Assembly (NCBI GenBank): GCA_016748015.1
Contig: JAAOMT010000566.1
Span: forward strand, 1 to 64,000
DNA length: 64,000 bases
Direction: 5' to 3'
Source of the DNA: Geosiphon pyriformis uo1
Taxonomy: Eukaryota > Fungi > Glomeromycota
Position numbers and translations under genes: made by a program. Numbering within the stretch: position 1 is the first letter of the stretch; each line of letters starts with the position of its first letter. The notes under the pieces are model-generated. The model saw only the letters and a program-made list of their open reading frames with translations. It was not told the DNA's origin and did not search any database. Shown here piece after piece: positions 41,380 through 54,891 of this stretch.

Positions 41380-43107
41380 ATACTCATAAGCAACATATAA
41401 GAAATAGAAATTTATATGTATAATCCTTTAGAGTTAATAGAAAAAATCAAAAAAAATAAGAATTGAAAATAGAAATTTCAATATTTTTTTTTATAATTAA
41501 GTTATATATGTATGAAGAAAACTAAATTGTAATCAATAAAACTGTATTAGAATACACAACAATAAAACTTTGGGCACTTAATATGTTAATATCTTTTTCA
41601 GTAGTTTTACCACACTGGGAAAAGCTTAATAAATTTGAATATATCCAGTAGAATAAATTAAATTCAACTAGCATAAGTGATATCAAATTTAAAGAAATGT
41701 TTATTTTTGGTATTTATACATCTTAAAATCTACCACCTAAATTCAATATATATATTTGATACAATATATAAAACTTGAAGAATCCCAAATTTTCTACTAA
41801 TATGCAGATTTGAACATTCAGCAGTAACTGGTTTTAATGAGTCAAAAAATTATTTTTTTGGTAAAGAAATTAATGGAAAAAATAACACAATTTTGGTAAA
41901 TGATTTGGTAATTTATAATTCTATATTAAATAAATATACAAATTTTACAAAAAATATTTTTTTAGTGTCAATAATAAAATATACTGCCACTTTATTGAGT
42001 AATAGAAAAATATATGTTCTTGGTAGAGCTTTTACTGAAAATAGTTATAATTTTTCCAATATATCTAACATATATGTATATGATACATTTACTAGAGAAT
42101 AAAATCAAAAAGTTTTTTATCTGATTAAAGAAACTTATTTATTAATTTGTTTTTTAAAGAAATCAAGCTAATTTATGAAAATTAATTATGTTTTCAAAAT
42201 TACAGTTAAGGATATACTAACAGCACAAAAACTGCATATAGTTGTTAATAGTAAATAAAAAGTATTTATTATAGAAACTTCTAAACTTACCAAAATTTAG
42301 AAGCTTTATTGTTGTTAATCTTTTTTTTCAAAATTTAATTAGCTCTGAATAATATTATTATTATTTTTGAGGAGATGAAAACAAATACAATGTAAACTTT
42401 AAACAATTTAATTATCTTAGATACTATTAAAACACCATTTGTTTGGAAAATACAAAACACAACTAAAAAACCTCTATTTGTAAAAATTTAGCATACAATA
42501 ATCATAGTTAAAACAAATATTATTGTGGCTTTTGGTTAGTTATATTTGTTTTATTTGAAATATTATTAAACACATTAAATATTTATTTATTTTAATTATA
42601 ATTTTTGAATGTACTAAGTCTTAGTGTAAGTATTCAATTTAGAACCATTTTTGAATCTAAAATTTTTTCGAATATTAAAATTTAAATTTTAAAATATAGA
42701 AAATATTTATCCAATATTAGCAATTTTGGGTCTTAGACTTGATAAATTTTAATTGAACAACAAAATATAAACCTAATGTATTGAAACTCACAAAACATTT
42801 CCTAAAATATCAAAACTTATCTGAAATTAAATCCAGCACAGAATTATTTTCATTTTCATTCTCATCTTTATCTTCATTCTCAACAACAATTAATATAATC
42901 ATAACTATTATCATAATATATAATGTTTTAATTCTTTTGGTTTTTGCAATATTGATGCTTAGATATTTCAGAAAACTAAAAAGCCAAGAACTAAATAAAA
43001 ATAATTTCACTTCAGCATCTTCAAGTTTTGATTGTAATTACTATAATCAATCATGTTTAATTTCTAGTTTTTATGTATTCAAATCTCTTAAAAGCATAGT
43101 AAAATAA
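41380..43107 (+). pseudogene. Decayed Kelch-repeat / galactose-oxidase-like single-pass membrane protein gene
   Basis: YTATLLSNRKIYVLG...IYVYDT Kelch-like blade (41893-42102), further blade-like fragments, then a Ser-rich stalk, TM helix and basic stop-transfer (42781-43107). Many stops; boundaries approximate. Confidence 0.5.
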
Positions 43108-46100
43108 AAATATCATATGCCTTTTCAAAATAAATATTGTGGTTTGTTAAGCTTTCTTAGTTACTCTGATACAGTCATCATCAATGAGTACAGAAAGAGC
43201 TTTTTTTTGTTCAAAATTTAGCTAATAATGATATTTGATATCTTTGACTAGATTTTTTAAAAAAAAAATCAAAAAGATAAATAAAATAGATTTACAAAAA
43301 TCGTTTTAAAGTATCTTAAAAATATTTTTGTTTTTAAAAGTTGTTATTTCTAATTTGAATTCTATTATTTTATAAATAATATTTTACAATTTAAAAACAT
43401 TTATAATGTTCTTAAGTATTTGTGTTTAAATTTTGCAAAAAAAAATTTTATATTAAGTATAACAATATATACAGTTTTGTTATTTTTTACATAAAATTGT
43501 ATTAAGATAAAGATTTTTGAATAATATTAATTCTATTTACATATTATTTAATATGATTAAAAGAAATTTTTACAATTAAAACATATATATTTTAATTTAT
43601 TTAGGAAATAATTAAAAAAAATTGCAAAAGAATCTAAAAAAAGTTATTATTTATTAAAATAATTGTTATTTAAATAAATTTAATCATAAAAAAGACTTAA
43701 TTTTAAAGAGATAAACATATTTAACATAATACAGCAATATATAAAAGTTAATTAATCTTAAAATTTACATGTTTAATAAGTAATAAAACTTTTATTTATT
43801 ATTTTTAATAATCAAAAATATTTTTATTTAAGTATTTTTTTCAGATCTGTATTGTTTTATTAAAAACTTGATTATTTACATGATTGAAAATTAGAATAAA
43901 AAATACTAGAATTATTTTAATTAAATTTTTTTTTTTAAATAAATTTTCTCTGCTTTAAATAGTTAAATTATTTTAAATTTCTTAATTTAATACAAGAAAA
44001 ATTTTTGTTTTTGTTTTTGCTAAAGTCGTATAAATTTTAAAATAATATGAGTTTGGTTTTTGATAATGGCTGTTTGTTTAAGTATCTCAATTTAAAGCTT
44101 TTATACAAAATAATAGAATGTAAAGAATAATAATTTTTAAATAAAAATTCTGTGTATTATTTAGAAATAAAAAAACTCTGTTTATAGTTTAAAATAATAG
44201 ATATTATGATTAGAATCTTGTATACAAAATAAAATTCTTTAAAACCACATATTAAAAATTTAAGTTTATGTTACTGCTGAATTAAAATAAGACTGTACAA
44301 AGTTTTTGTAAGTTTACATAAAAATAAATTAATTTATACAATAGAAAATAAGCAAAATTTTAATACACATTATAATTGTAAATATAAAAATAAATTTTCT
44401 CATAAAAAATTTAATATACATTTATTTAATTATAGAATTAAAAATCAATTTAAAGGTTTTAAATAAAAATTTATTATTTATTTAAACAATTAATAAGTTA
44501 AAGAAAAATCTATATCATGAATTTTGTTCATTAATTAAAAAAAAGATTTTTAAGTCTTTATTTAAATTCTAAAAGATTACACTTTTAAAAATAGTTTTAA
44601 AATATTTATAAAGCTAATTATTTTTATTAACTTTGGCTATCAAAATTAAATTATGTAAAATACAAGTTAGGCTAATAATAAAAATCTAAATTTTTTCGCA
44701 ATAGATTTAAGCCAAATGATTTTTATAACCCAAAAAATTGGGTTTTTAATTTTTTTTCTTGCAAATTACTCATTTTAAGGAAAAAATCCAAATGAATAAT
44801 CCGTCTTAAAACCAAAAAGAAATGTTAATTAAATGAAAATGAACTTGACTTTGATGATTTGGCATTCATATTTTTAAAATATCAAAGTACATTTTTCCAT
44901 AGCATGTGATTTTGACAATAGGGAATTATATGAACAAGACTTGTGGACTCGCAGTCATACATTGACTCTAAATTTACTGAAAAAGTGCTTTATAAAAAAA
45001 TTAATAGATAGCAAGGAACGAAGATTTTTTTATTTTGTAAAAACAAATTTAAACAAACTGGGTACATCTCATGACAAACATGACAAACTACAAAATAAAA
45101 TTCAATTAATTTAAAAAAATTTTGGTCTTGTCCACCCTTTAATATATATATATATATATAACACTCAAGAATAGATTAAATTACTTTTAATGTGTGTTAT
45201 AAATCACAAAAAAATAATCTAGATCACCAAGTAAATCAATTGAGAATATGTTCACCGAAAAACTTAGTCTTTAGAAATGCGTTTTTTTGACTTTTCGAAC
45301 ATCAATTTAATTATTTAAATTTTTTTTTAAGTTTTCAAAAATAACTTTTAGTTAGGTCCTTGCTTGTTGACAACTCGAAATTTGAAGAAAATTTGAAGAG
45401 GAAATAAACAAACAAATTTTGATAAAATATTATATAAAAGAAGAATTTTTATAGAGCATTTAAAATGTAATTTATTAACATGGAAAATTTAAATTTCAAA
45501 ACATATATACTTTCTATATTTTTAAATCTAAATATTATTTTAATTATTAAACAAATATATTTATAGTTAAATATTTAATTTCTTTATAAATATTTATATA
45601 ATTTTTAAAATTTACTAGATGCTCAAATGGTGAATGGTGAAATTAAGCAATTTTTTAAATAATATTTTTTATTTTTAAAAGCAATTTAAACATAATATTT
45701 AAAGTTCAAAAACCTGACACATTATTTCTCTGGTGGGATTAATTTCTAAATTAATAATTCCTTTTCACTTCAATAAAAATATTAATTTTTTTAAAATAGG
45801 TAAAATATTAAAATATTCAAATCTATCATCTTTAAAAAGTTATTAGATGAATTGAATTTTTTATTCATACCCAAATTTGTCGAAAATCACTTTTTTTATT
45901 AAATTATTTTGAGAATAAGTAACATATCGAGTTGAAAATTTAAATTGTTTCATCTCTTTTATGAAGTCTTCTCATTATTGATTAATTAATTAATTAATTT
46001 AAATTTAAGACCTTTTCTAATTTTTTTTCCGAACGAAATCAACATAATCTGGTTTTTTTTATTGTTTAAAAAGTTTTTTTAACAAGAAAAAATTAGCTTT

Positions 46101-47607
46101 TATGTCATTGTTGCTAAATTAATGATTTATATTTTGTACAATTAATAAATTAAATTAAAATTTTGAACGTTTTTAATCATATAATTGGTGGGAAATTTAA
46201 TAAATTATAATTTTAGTATTATTTATATTTTGAATTTGATATATGATTAAGAGAAAATATATAAGACATTTAATCTATTTAAATCATACATATGAAAAAT
46301 TTTTAAAGATATTATTAAAATTATTGTAATAACATAATTTATATAAATTGTTTTTCAGTAAAACTATTTGATGCAAATAAAGATTTTGTTTAGAGGCAGT
46401 CAAAAATAAGTAATTGAAAATTATCTGAAAAGTTTTACAACATTAAATGTAATTTTATGATTAGAAAACACTCAAAAATAAATTTGACTCAATGATATAT
46501 ATTTTGACATACATAGATGAACACCAACTATCTGAAAAAAGCTTACATATGTCCAAAAAAAGCAGTTTTTGATGAGTAGCTCTTTTGAATCAATAAAGAT
46601 TTCTTTATTGAAATTTTATATTCCAGCAAAAAATATTTCATTTTTATTTGGTTAAAATTTTTTTAAAAAACTCAACAAAAAGTATCTTGAAGCTAAGTTC
46701 CAATCGACTTAATTTAAACTTGAAAATGATAACCATGAAAATTAAAGGCATACTAACGATATATTAGTTAAAATTTTAATTCCCTAAATATTTATGAATT
46801 CAAATTTAAATAAAAAAATTTAAATTACTAATTTTTGTTTTATTTATAATTATATAGACTATTAAAATAAAACTAAAAAATTAATTAATCTGATTAAAGG
46901 CAATTTTTAGTCAAACAATCAATAAAAATTTAAATTTATGATACTCTTAATACATTATAAACTTTTACAAATTAATAAGTTTTTAGAATAAATAAAAATA
47001 TTCCTTTAAGTGAATTAAAAGGAAATAATCTCGTATAATTTTAAAGAAAACACGTTATATATAAAACTTTTGATAAAATTCTAGCCAAAAAGTTTGCAAA
47101 TTACAAATAAATGTTTTCTATATCTAGTTAAATCCAAATTTATCCTATTAAAATCAATCAATCATTTATAATTTGAATAATCGAATTTTAAAAACTTTCA
47201 AGATTACCCTTTTAACAGTAATATAAGAAATAGGATAAATATATTTTGATTTGGATATTTAGAAAATATTCTTTAAAGATAATAGTTTACTCAATGAATT
47301 TGTAAAAAATTTCTAATATTAATTCTAAATGAGATAATTTTTTATAACCTTTTAACAGCGAAAAAGGCTATTAATAAAGGATATTAAGAAAATTTTAATA
47401 TATAGAGCACTAAATTATAATTTAATTTAATTTAATAATAATTTAGAGTCCCATTTCAAAAATATTTATTCGAAGCTAATTGCCAAGATTTATTAATTAA
47501 TCTAAGGAGAATAAATTTACTAAAAGCTCTTTCTTTTTGTTTAACCTAAAAATATTCTCAAAAAAGAAGTGAAACATTGAATTTATAGCAAAAGAAAAGA
47601 TTGGTTG

Positions 47608-49262
47608 CTAATTATTATTATTATTATTATTATTTTCATAAATTTTCTGAGCTAAAAAATTTCTGAATTTACTCATTGATTCGCAATTGTTCATTTCAAT
47701 CCCAAAATAAGGCCCATTATGAAATAATTTGTTCGGAACTTCGTTTATTGATTGACCAGCATTACACTCCTAAAGTAAAAAAAAAGAAAAAAAGAAAAAA
47801 AAAAAACTTATTTTTTTCAATGCCTTTGCTAAAAATTTCTTAATTCAATATAAATTATTACTAACCACATTCTCTTCAGGATACTGCGAATTAAACCATT
47901 CTTCACTTTGACTTGACATCAAAGGAAAAGAATTACAATCCCAATACGTATTTGAGTCATCAGGACAATTACAATTACTCAATGGTTCAATCCAAATTTC
48001 AGTACCAAAATGTCTCCACCCCATTGAAGACGAAGGAGAGTGTGGCACATGATCATTTCCATGGGTGAAGCGACGATGAAGAATTAATTGGTTGAAACTA
48101 TCCCTAAAGTGCTCGTTTCCAACTCTCGGAGCCCCAAAAGTATAAATACTCTGCCCTATACCGCTTAAATTAATATCCGGCCAAATATTCATATTTAAAA
48201 TTTTATATCTTTCAAGTAACCACCTCACTGCAGCAATGCAAGCATATGCTTATATATATATATATAATAGTTAAAAAAAGATTTAATGTTAAAAAAATAA
48301 TTTTATAATTTTTACTTCAAACTTTAAAATAAAAGACATTTAAGAAACTAACCTCCACAAATACCATGTCCCGTAAATACAATATTAAGGTTTTGAGTTA
48401 GCTTTGTAAATTTCATTAAAAATAATTTAATACTTTGAAGTAAATTAGGAAATAATAAATCCAAATCTTTCAATAATTGTGAGTCTGCACGAAATTTTTC
48501 GTCAAACTTTGGAATATTTTTAAAATGAAGTGGCACTTGTTTTGAATTTCTAGAAGCCCATTCTTCTTTCGTTAATTTCTAATATAAATAAAGAAACATT
48601 GTTATTTCGAAATTTTAATTGATTTAAAATATTAAAGGAGTTAAAGATAATTACTGATCCTCCAAACGCTATTATTAAAAGGCCATCAGTTTCTGAATCT
48701 AAGTAAAACTGAACCGCCACTAATAAATAGTATTTTGAAAGCTATTAGTTTTTGTTTTTTTTAAAAAAAAATTTAAATTTCAAAATAATTTCTTTTTCTG
48801 AATTTAAAAACCTTTAATTTGTAAACCAGGCACTCTTGAGCCAACGTTATTTAGACCGAGACAGTCAAATGCATTTACTATGAATGCAATATACGAGGAA
48901 ATTTTTAGCTCACTATTATCAAATAAAATTCGGCTCTTAGGTTGTGATTGTGAGCGTTTTTTGGTTTTATTAATTTTTTGTGAGATATTGATTTGATTTA
49001 TCCAATTAATCATTGTAGGAGAGGTGTAATTTATATCTGCTTTTTTAAACTTTTGAATTACTTTAGAGGCTATCCAGATACTGCTGTGGTTTTCATGAAT
49101 CAAAAAATAAAAAATTAATGCTATAAAAATTGCAGTAATAATCTTAAATTTTCTTGAAAAATCGACCTTGAATCGTATTTGATTATTAAAAGAACCCATT
49201 TTATTGATTTTCAAGATGGATATAATAGAGTTTTTATGGAATTTTTTTTCAAGATGCACCAA
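47608..49262 (-). CDS. Lipase class 3-like protein L1 (multi-exon; nucleophile elbow TGHGICGA, no catalytic Ser)
   Basis: N-terminal hydrophobic segment; YTFGAPRVGN, DHVPH, HFGTEIWI; last exon ECNAG...HNGPYFG, stop at 47608. Start may be the ATG at 49199. Confidence 0.85.
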
Positions 49263-50174
49263 TTATTAAAAAAAGATCTATAGATCGAGCTTAATTGTTT
49301 GTTTAAAACATCTCATTTAAACAAAATAAAGTAATAAATAATATAATTTTAATATCTATCACACTATATCTTGTATCCCCAAAGAAGTTTTCAAATTTTT
49401 ACAAATTTATAAACAAAATTATTTAATTTTATTTTAATTTGAAAATAAGATTTTATTTCAGGTTTATTTAATAAATACATTAAATGAGATATTTAATTGA
49501 AATATTAATTAATGAGAAAAAGTATTTCACTTCATTGATCTTTTAGAAAAAATATTTTTAAATAATTGCTATAGTTTTTGGTTTTAGACTTTAATCATCT
49601 AAAGTGAAACATTTCAATATTTTATGTAGAAAAAGTTTTAAAATTCTAACTTGACTTCGACTTTATTTATTAAATAAAAGAAATCGAAAGCTTTACGGAA
49701 GAATAATCAGAATTACAGCGCTCCAAGATTCCCCGATGGTTTCATTGTGTATCATTGTAAATGAATACAGTAGAAAAAATATTAAAAATTTAATTTCAAT
49801 AAGAAGTTAAATCATTATATAAAACCAACTATTTGGAAATGAGAACTTTTCATATTTAATAATTATTAAAATCCGGCAAGCTTTAAAACTTAAATTTGGA
49901 AAAAAATCTATATATTACTTTTAAATTGATCTGAAAAACCTCTTTTTTTTTAATCATTCTGGAAAATGAATATTTGATTTAGCTTTTAATAATTTCAAAA
50001 AGTTGAAAGTTTTTTGTCAACAAATAAATCTAATGATCTCGACTATTATAAATAATAATAATAATAATAATAATAATGAAATTTAAATTTGATATTAAAA
50101 ATAAAAAAATTTAAAAAAATATATTTTAAATTAAATAATAATAATAATAATAATTTAATGGTATAATTCTTTTA

Positions 50175-50206
<32 letters not shown>

Positions 50207-50834
50207 CTTGTGTACAAAATAAGTTTAAAAAATATTGTGTATTTTATGTTAAAAAATGAAAAATGAAAAAAAGATATTATATAAAACAAAAAGTAAAAAT
50301 ATTATAATTTTATGTTTGAATATAAATTTTATTTATTATTTTATTATTTTATTATTTTATTATTCCTTTAAATTCTTGAATAAAATTGATAAACTTGTAC
50401 AAAGATTACTTTTATCAATATATATATTTTAATTTATATAATATAATTATTTCAAAAAAATTTACTTTGTAAAAAAAAGTTTTGTCGGTCATAAATTTTG
50501 TTTTGAATCTACCTGTGTTTATGTTCTTGTCTTTTTGATAAAACTTTTTAAACTTTATTTATAAATAGATAGTTATAAATAGTTTCTATCAGCCTATCCT
50601 ATTTTCCAAAAACGATTTTCTTTCATCATTAATTTTTTACCGCTAAAAAGATCAATAAATAATTCTAACCAATCTCATCAAAACGATATATCAAACCCCC
50701 AATTTTTCAGTGTAACATGTTAACTTGGGAATCTGTATTTTTTTTAAAATTTTAATAAACTTTACCCCTTTATATTAATATAAACATATATTCATTATAT
50801 CTACACGCGATGACTAAACTCTTAACCCAAGTTT

Positions 50835-50840
50835 AATAAT

Positions 50841-50876
<36 letters not shown>

Positions 50877-50879
50877 AAC

Positions 50880-50917
<38 letters not shown>
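50835..50917 (+). repeat. Compound (AAC)n(AAT)n microsatellite just upstream of L2
   Basis: Direct reading. Confidence 0.9.
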
Positions 50918-50919
<2 letters not shown>

Positions 50920-50935
50920 GTTGCTTAATTACATT

Positions 50936-52448
50936 ATGAGTTCATCAATCAAAAATCACCACACATGCTCAATGAAGAGTTCTTCTTTTATATTCCTTTT
51001 CAATCTGCTTGCAATACTTGTGCTTTCTCAAGATAGTTTGAGAAATTTAAATTTAACCAATCTGGACGGAAATTCTAGGTATTTTTTTTAAAAAAAAGGT
51101 GATATAAAACTGTTTTCGAGACTTATGAAAAAAAAAAAATAATAATTTCATCAATTTCCATAATAGACTTCTTTCTGATAAAAAAGAATCTATCACCGTT
51201 AAGAATAAGACGAAGCCGAACGCGAGCGACGACGACGACGAAAGGTCTGAAGACCAAGAATTTCTAGAAAAAACCTACCACCAAAAAATTGAACAGTCTA
51301 GAGCAAAAAATCAAATCATTTTTCAGTCAAATCAAAAAAGAAATTCCATAATTCAACCTATCTCAAAAATTAGGAAAGATATATCCATCCTGAAATATCT
51401 AACATATGCGAGACACAACAAAAGGCTCTATTGTTCACCAAAACGAGTAGTTAAATTTATAGAAAATTTGGATCTCACAGGTTTTTTTTTTCACCATATA
51501 AATTTTTTTTTTCAGTTCCTAAAACTTTATTATCACTAAAATTAAATGAATAATTTGGCTCTTCTTTAGGGAGAGTACATAAAACATTTAATAATCTTAT
51601 ATTTTCCCTGAGAGCTCCTGAAATACGTTACTTAAGTACGTGGTCTAAGGAACGAGAAAATATACTTGTACCTTATTTGGAAGTTAAGGACGCAAGAGTG
51701 GATAAAAAATTTTACCAGGATTTTCAAATAGTCTCTCAGGAAATTCAGTCATACCTTTTAAAAATCATGAAAACTGGCAACCAGAGATATTTTATTTTAA
51801 CTGGACATCGATTAGCGGGCGGTCTGATGATTTATTTATTTATTTATTTCTTGAAATATTTGAGAATTAATGATTAAGATACTTCAAGTTTTTGTTCTTT
51901 CTTTTTTTCAAAAATACAGTTTATGCGATATTTACGGCACTAATGATGAAAAATATACCCTCTTCAATTAAAACATTTAATGTCTTCACTTGGGGATCTC
52001 CGCGGTTTGGGAATGCCGCATTTGCAAATCATGTCAATTCTGTTTTAAATGTCCGTCGAGTAACTTTGATGGATGACCAAATCACAAGGTTCCCAATTTA
52101 TACCAGCACATCAGATTTAACTTCGTATCTACATCCTGGGGAAGAAATATGGATAAAGAAAAAATGTGATTGTGATAATTTCGAATATTTTAATTGTCCG
52201 GGGGTGAAGGAGAAAGATGAGTTGAAAGAAAGTCCGGTATGCTATATATTTATAAGAGATTTATAAAAATTTTGGCTTTTTTTGTTGTTGTTAAACCTTG
52301 ATTAAAAAAATTAAAAATTTATAAATATTTTTGATTTTTACAGTTTTGTAATAATTCTCAACCAGAGCATGACCCAGATTTTACATATGATGGTCCCTAT
52401 TTTGGTTTTATATTTGGTCATCAATACCAAATTTGTGAAGAAGTCTAA
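50936..52448 (+). CDS. Lipase class 3-like protein L2 (multi-exon; elbow TGHRLAGV, no catalytic Ser)
   Basis: ATG at 50936 with signal-like FIFLFNLLAILVLS. Open exon ~51167-51480. FTWGSPRFGN, DDQITRFP, HPGEEIWI; last exon ...DGPYFG...EEV stop. Confidence 0.85.
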
Positions 52449-52742
52449 TATATATATATATATATGTATATATTAGATACCTAAATTTTAAATTCACTAT
52501 TTGAAAATATAAATATTTATTAAAACAACTGTCTTTTACTTAAGAAATCAGATATTCTAAAAAAATATGCATGAAAAAATTTTCTGATTAATTATCATCT
52601 CTAGTATTTTTCTGTCTTGTTATTGAATTATATAAATTTAATGCAAAAAAAAAATTTCAAAATTTTAATTTATCTTTTATTACATTATTCAAAGCATATT
52701 TCTTTTTAATAAACTAAAAATTAAGAATTCTCAAAACTTGTT

Positions 52743-53680
52743 CTAATTTAGATATCTTTTTTTGAAACAATTTTTAAACATTGTTCGCCCAAAATATGGA
52801 CCAAAATGCTCATGATCAAGATGGGATTCTCTATAAATTTTGATTGAATCTTGAAAATTTATTCCTGGATATATGGCTTTATGCAAATGATTTCTTGCAT
52901 TGCAATCCTAAACAAAGTTTTGAAATTTTTTTAATTTTAAAATTATTAAATAGGAAATGAATTATAAATTTATCGATTTTTAAAATTACCTCATGTTCAT
53001 GTAATGTATGCGTATGATAACATATATAAATCTTTGAATTTGGACAATCACATGAAGGAGGTTCTATCCAAAACTCTTTTTGAGAATGTCTGTATTGAAT
53101 TTTGGTTAATTTTGTTGTTGTTGTTGTTGTTGTTGTTATTTCTTTAGGCATATTTATTCCACGAAAAAATCCTTCAATTGGAAAATTAGGTATCCAATCA
53201 TCACCATAAGTCACCCTCCAAACTTTATGTAACATATGTTGAACGTAATGAACGAATATTTCATTTCCAATTCTTGGCTGGCCGAAAGTAATCACGCTTA
53301 CGGTGGCTTCCGTATTATTTCTTTTATATTCAAGTGCAGCAAATACAGCTAAAGCTAAAAAAATTTAAAAGAGGTTAACAGTGAAAATTTTTAAATTTTT
53401 ATTGTAAAAAAAAATTCGCAAATTCTTTTTTACCGGCTCCAGTACCAAAGCCTGTAAATAAATATTCATTCAAATTATTTTCCCTTTCATACTTTTCAAA
53501 TTTCGTCGAGAAAAGTTCTCCCCGAGATTGCCAAAATTTATAAAGAAATCTGGAGACTAACCCATATTGTACAGGTGGGTAAGGAATAAAATCCCATACT
53601 AATCCGCCTATACCAAATTTTAAATAATCAATGTTATCTTCGACAGCACTAAAAGCGATTATACTGCTTGAAAACTTCAC

Positions 53681-53722
<42 letters not shown>

Positions 53723-54259
53723 AATAAATGAAAAAGTTTAGCTTCAAGTAATTTTTTCGAAAAAACAAGAATAATTTTTTTACTAACCCCAAGCCCTAGC
53801 AGCTGAACGACGATTCGCGAAAAAATCATTTGTCGCTTTTTTGATAACTTGTTGGCAAGTTGCCTCCCAGGCAAATTTTGCACTTTCTGATAGTTGACGC
53901 AAAACATTTTCATCTTCAACAACCATTTTTACCATGGCAAAATTTGTATCATAATCTCCATCACCATCACCACCACCATCACCATCACCACCATCACCAT
54001 TATCACCATCAATATCACCACCTTCAATATCTGCTATTGTAGCCACTGTATTATTAAGAGTGAATTGGAAATTTCTTTTTTGATTTGATTGAATTATAAA
54101 ATAATTTTGTTTGATGTGAGATTTATTATTATGGAATGACTGTGAACGAAAAATGATCTCCGTAATAGATGGACTTTTATTATGAAAATAAAAAAGAAAA
54201 ATTAGAGGCAACAAGGAAAAGAATGCGTGCGGCCAAATAATTTTCACAATATAAAACAT
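52743..54259 (-). CDS. Lipase class 3-like protein L3 (multi-exon; elbow TGFGTGAA, no catalytic Ser)
   Basis: Signal-like N-terminus and Gly/Asp repeat; ITFGQPRIGN, DDWIPNFP, HSQKEFWI; last exon DCNAR...HFGPYFG, stop at 52743. Confidence 0.85.
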
Positions 54260-54660
54260 TCTAATTTTTGAAAAAGTTCCGCGTAGTTTGAGTTGCTTCA
54301 AGTAAAAAATATCTTGACCATAATTTAGCTCAAGAGATTTGATTTTAAAATTTTTTTTTTCCTAATTAGGATATTCTTATCAAGATTTTTTTATAAGGCT
54401 GCGGAAAAAATTTTTGAATTTTTTCTCAAAATAAATATTTACATAATTTCTAAATACATGGAAAATCTCGGTCTTTGAAATTCTTCCGATTAATAAATAA
54501 ATATATAAATATTTTTCTGAAATACATTGAGTTATCGCATCATGATCGTCCTAAATAAAAAATTAGCGTTATTTTCCGCATGATAAAGAATTTTAAAAAA
54601 GTGTTTACTTCAAAAATTTAGAATATATAAACACTGACATCAGTGTAAACAATTCAAATT

Positions 54661-54689
54661 CCTCCCCTCCCCTCCCCTCCCCTCCCTCC
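54661..54689 (+). repeat. (CCTCC)n tract in the L3/L4 divergent intergenic region
   Basis: cctcccctcccctcccctcccctccctcc ~40 bp upstream of the L4 ATG, downstream of a TATATAAA at ~54624. Confidence 0.8.
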
Positions 54690-54730
54690 ACTTTTAACTT
54701 GAAAATTTTTTAAAAGGTGAAGAAAGAAGA

Positions 54731-54855
54731 ATGATTTCTCAGAGAAAACACCTAATGACTAAGGAATTCTACGCGAGGCTTAAAAAACTTTCTCTCAAAA
54801 GATTTATTTCTATTATTCTTTTTTTTCTTCTTTTATTCTTTTTATCCCATCTAAG

Positions 54856-54891
<36 letters not shown>

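Noticed and set aside
53860-54088. Poly-His and ITIT ORFs on the plus strand
   Set aside because: Antisense to the Gly/Asp repeat of L3.
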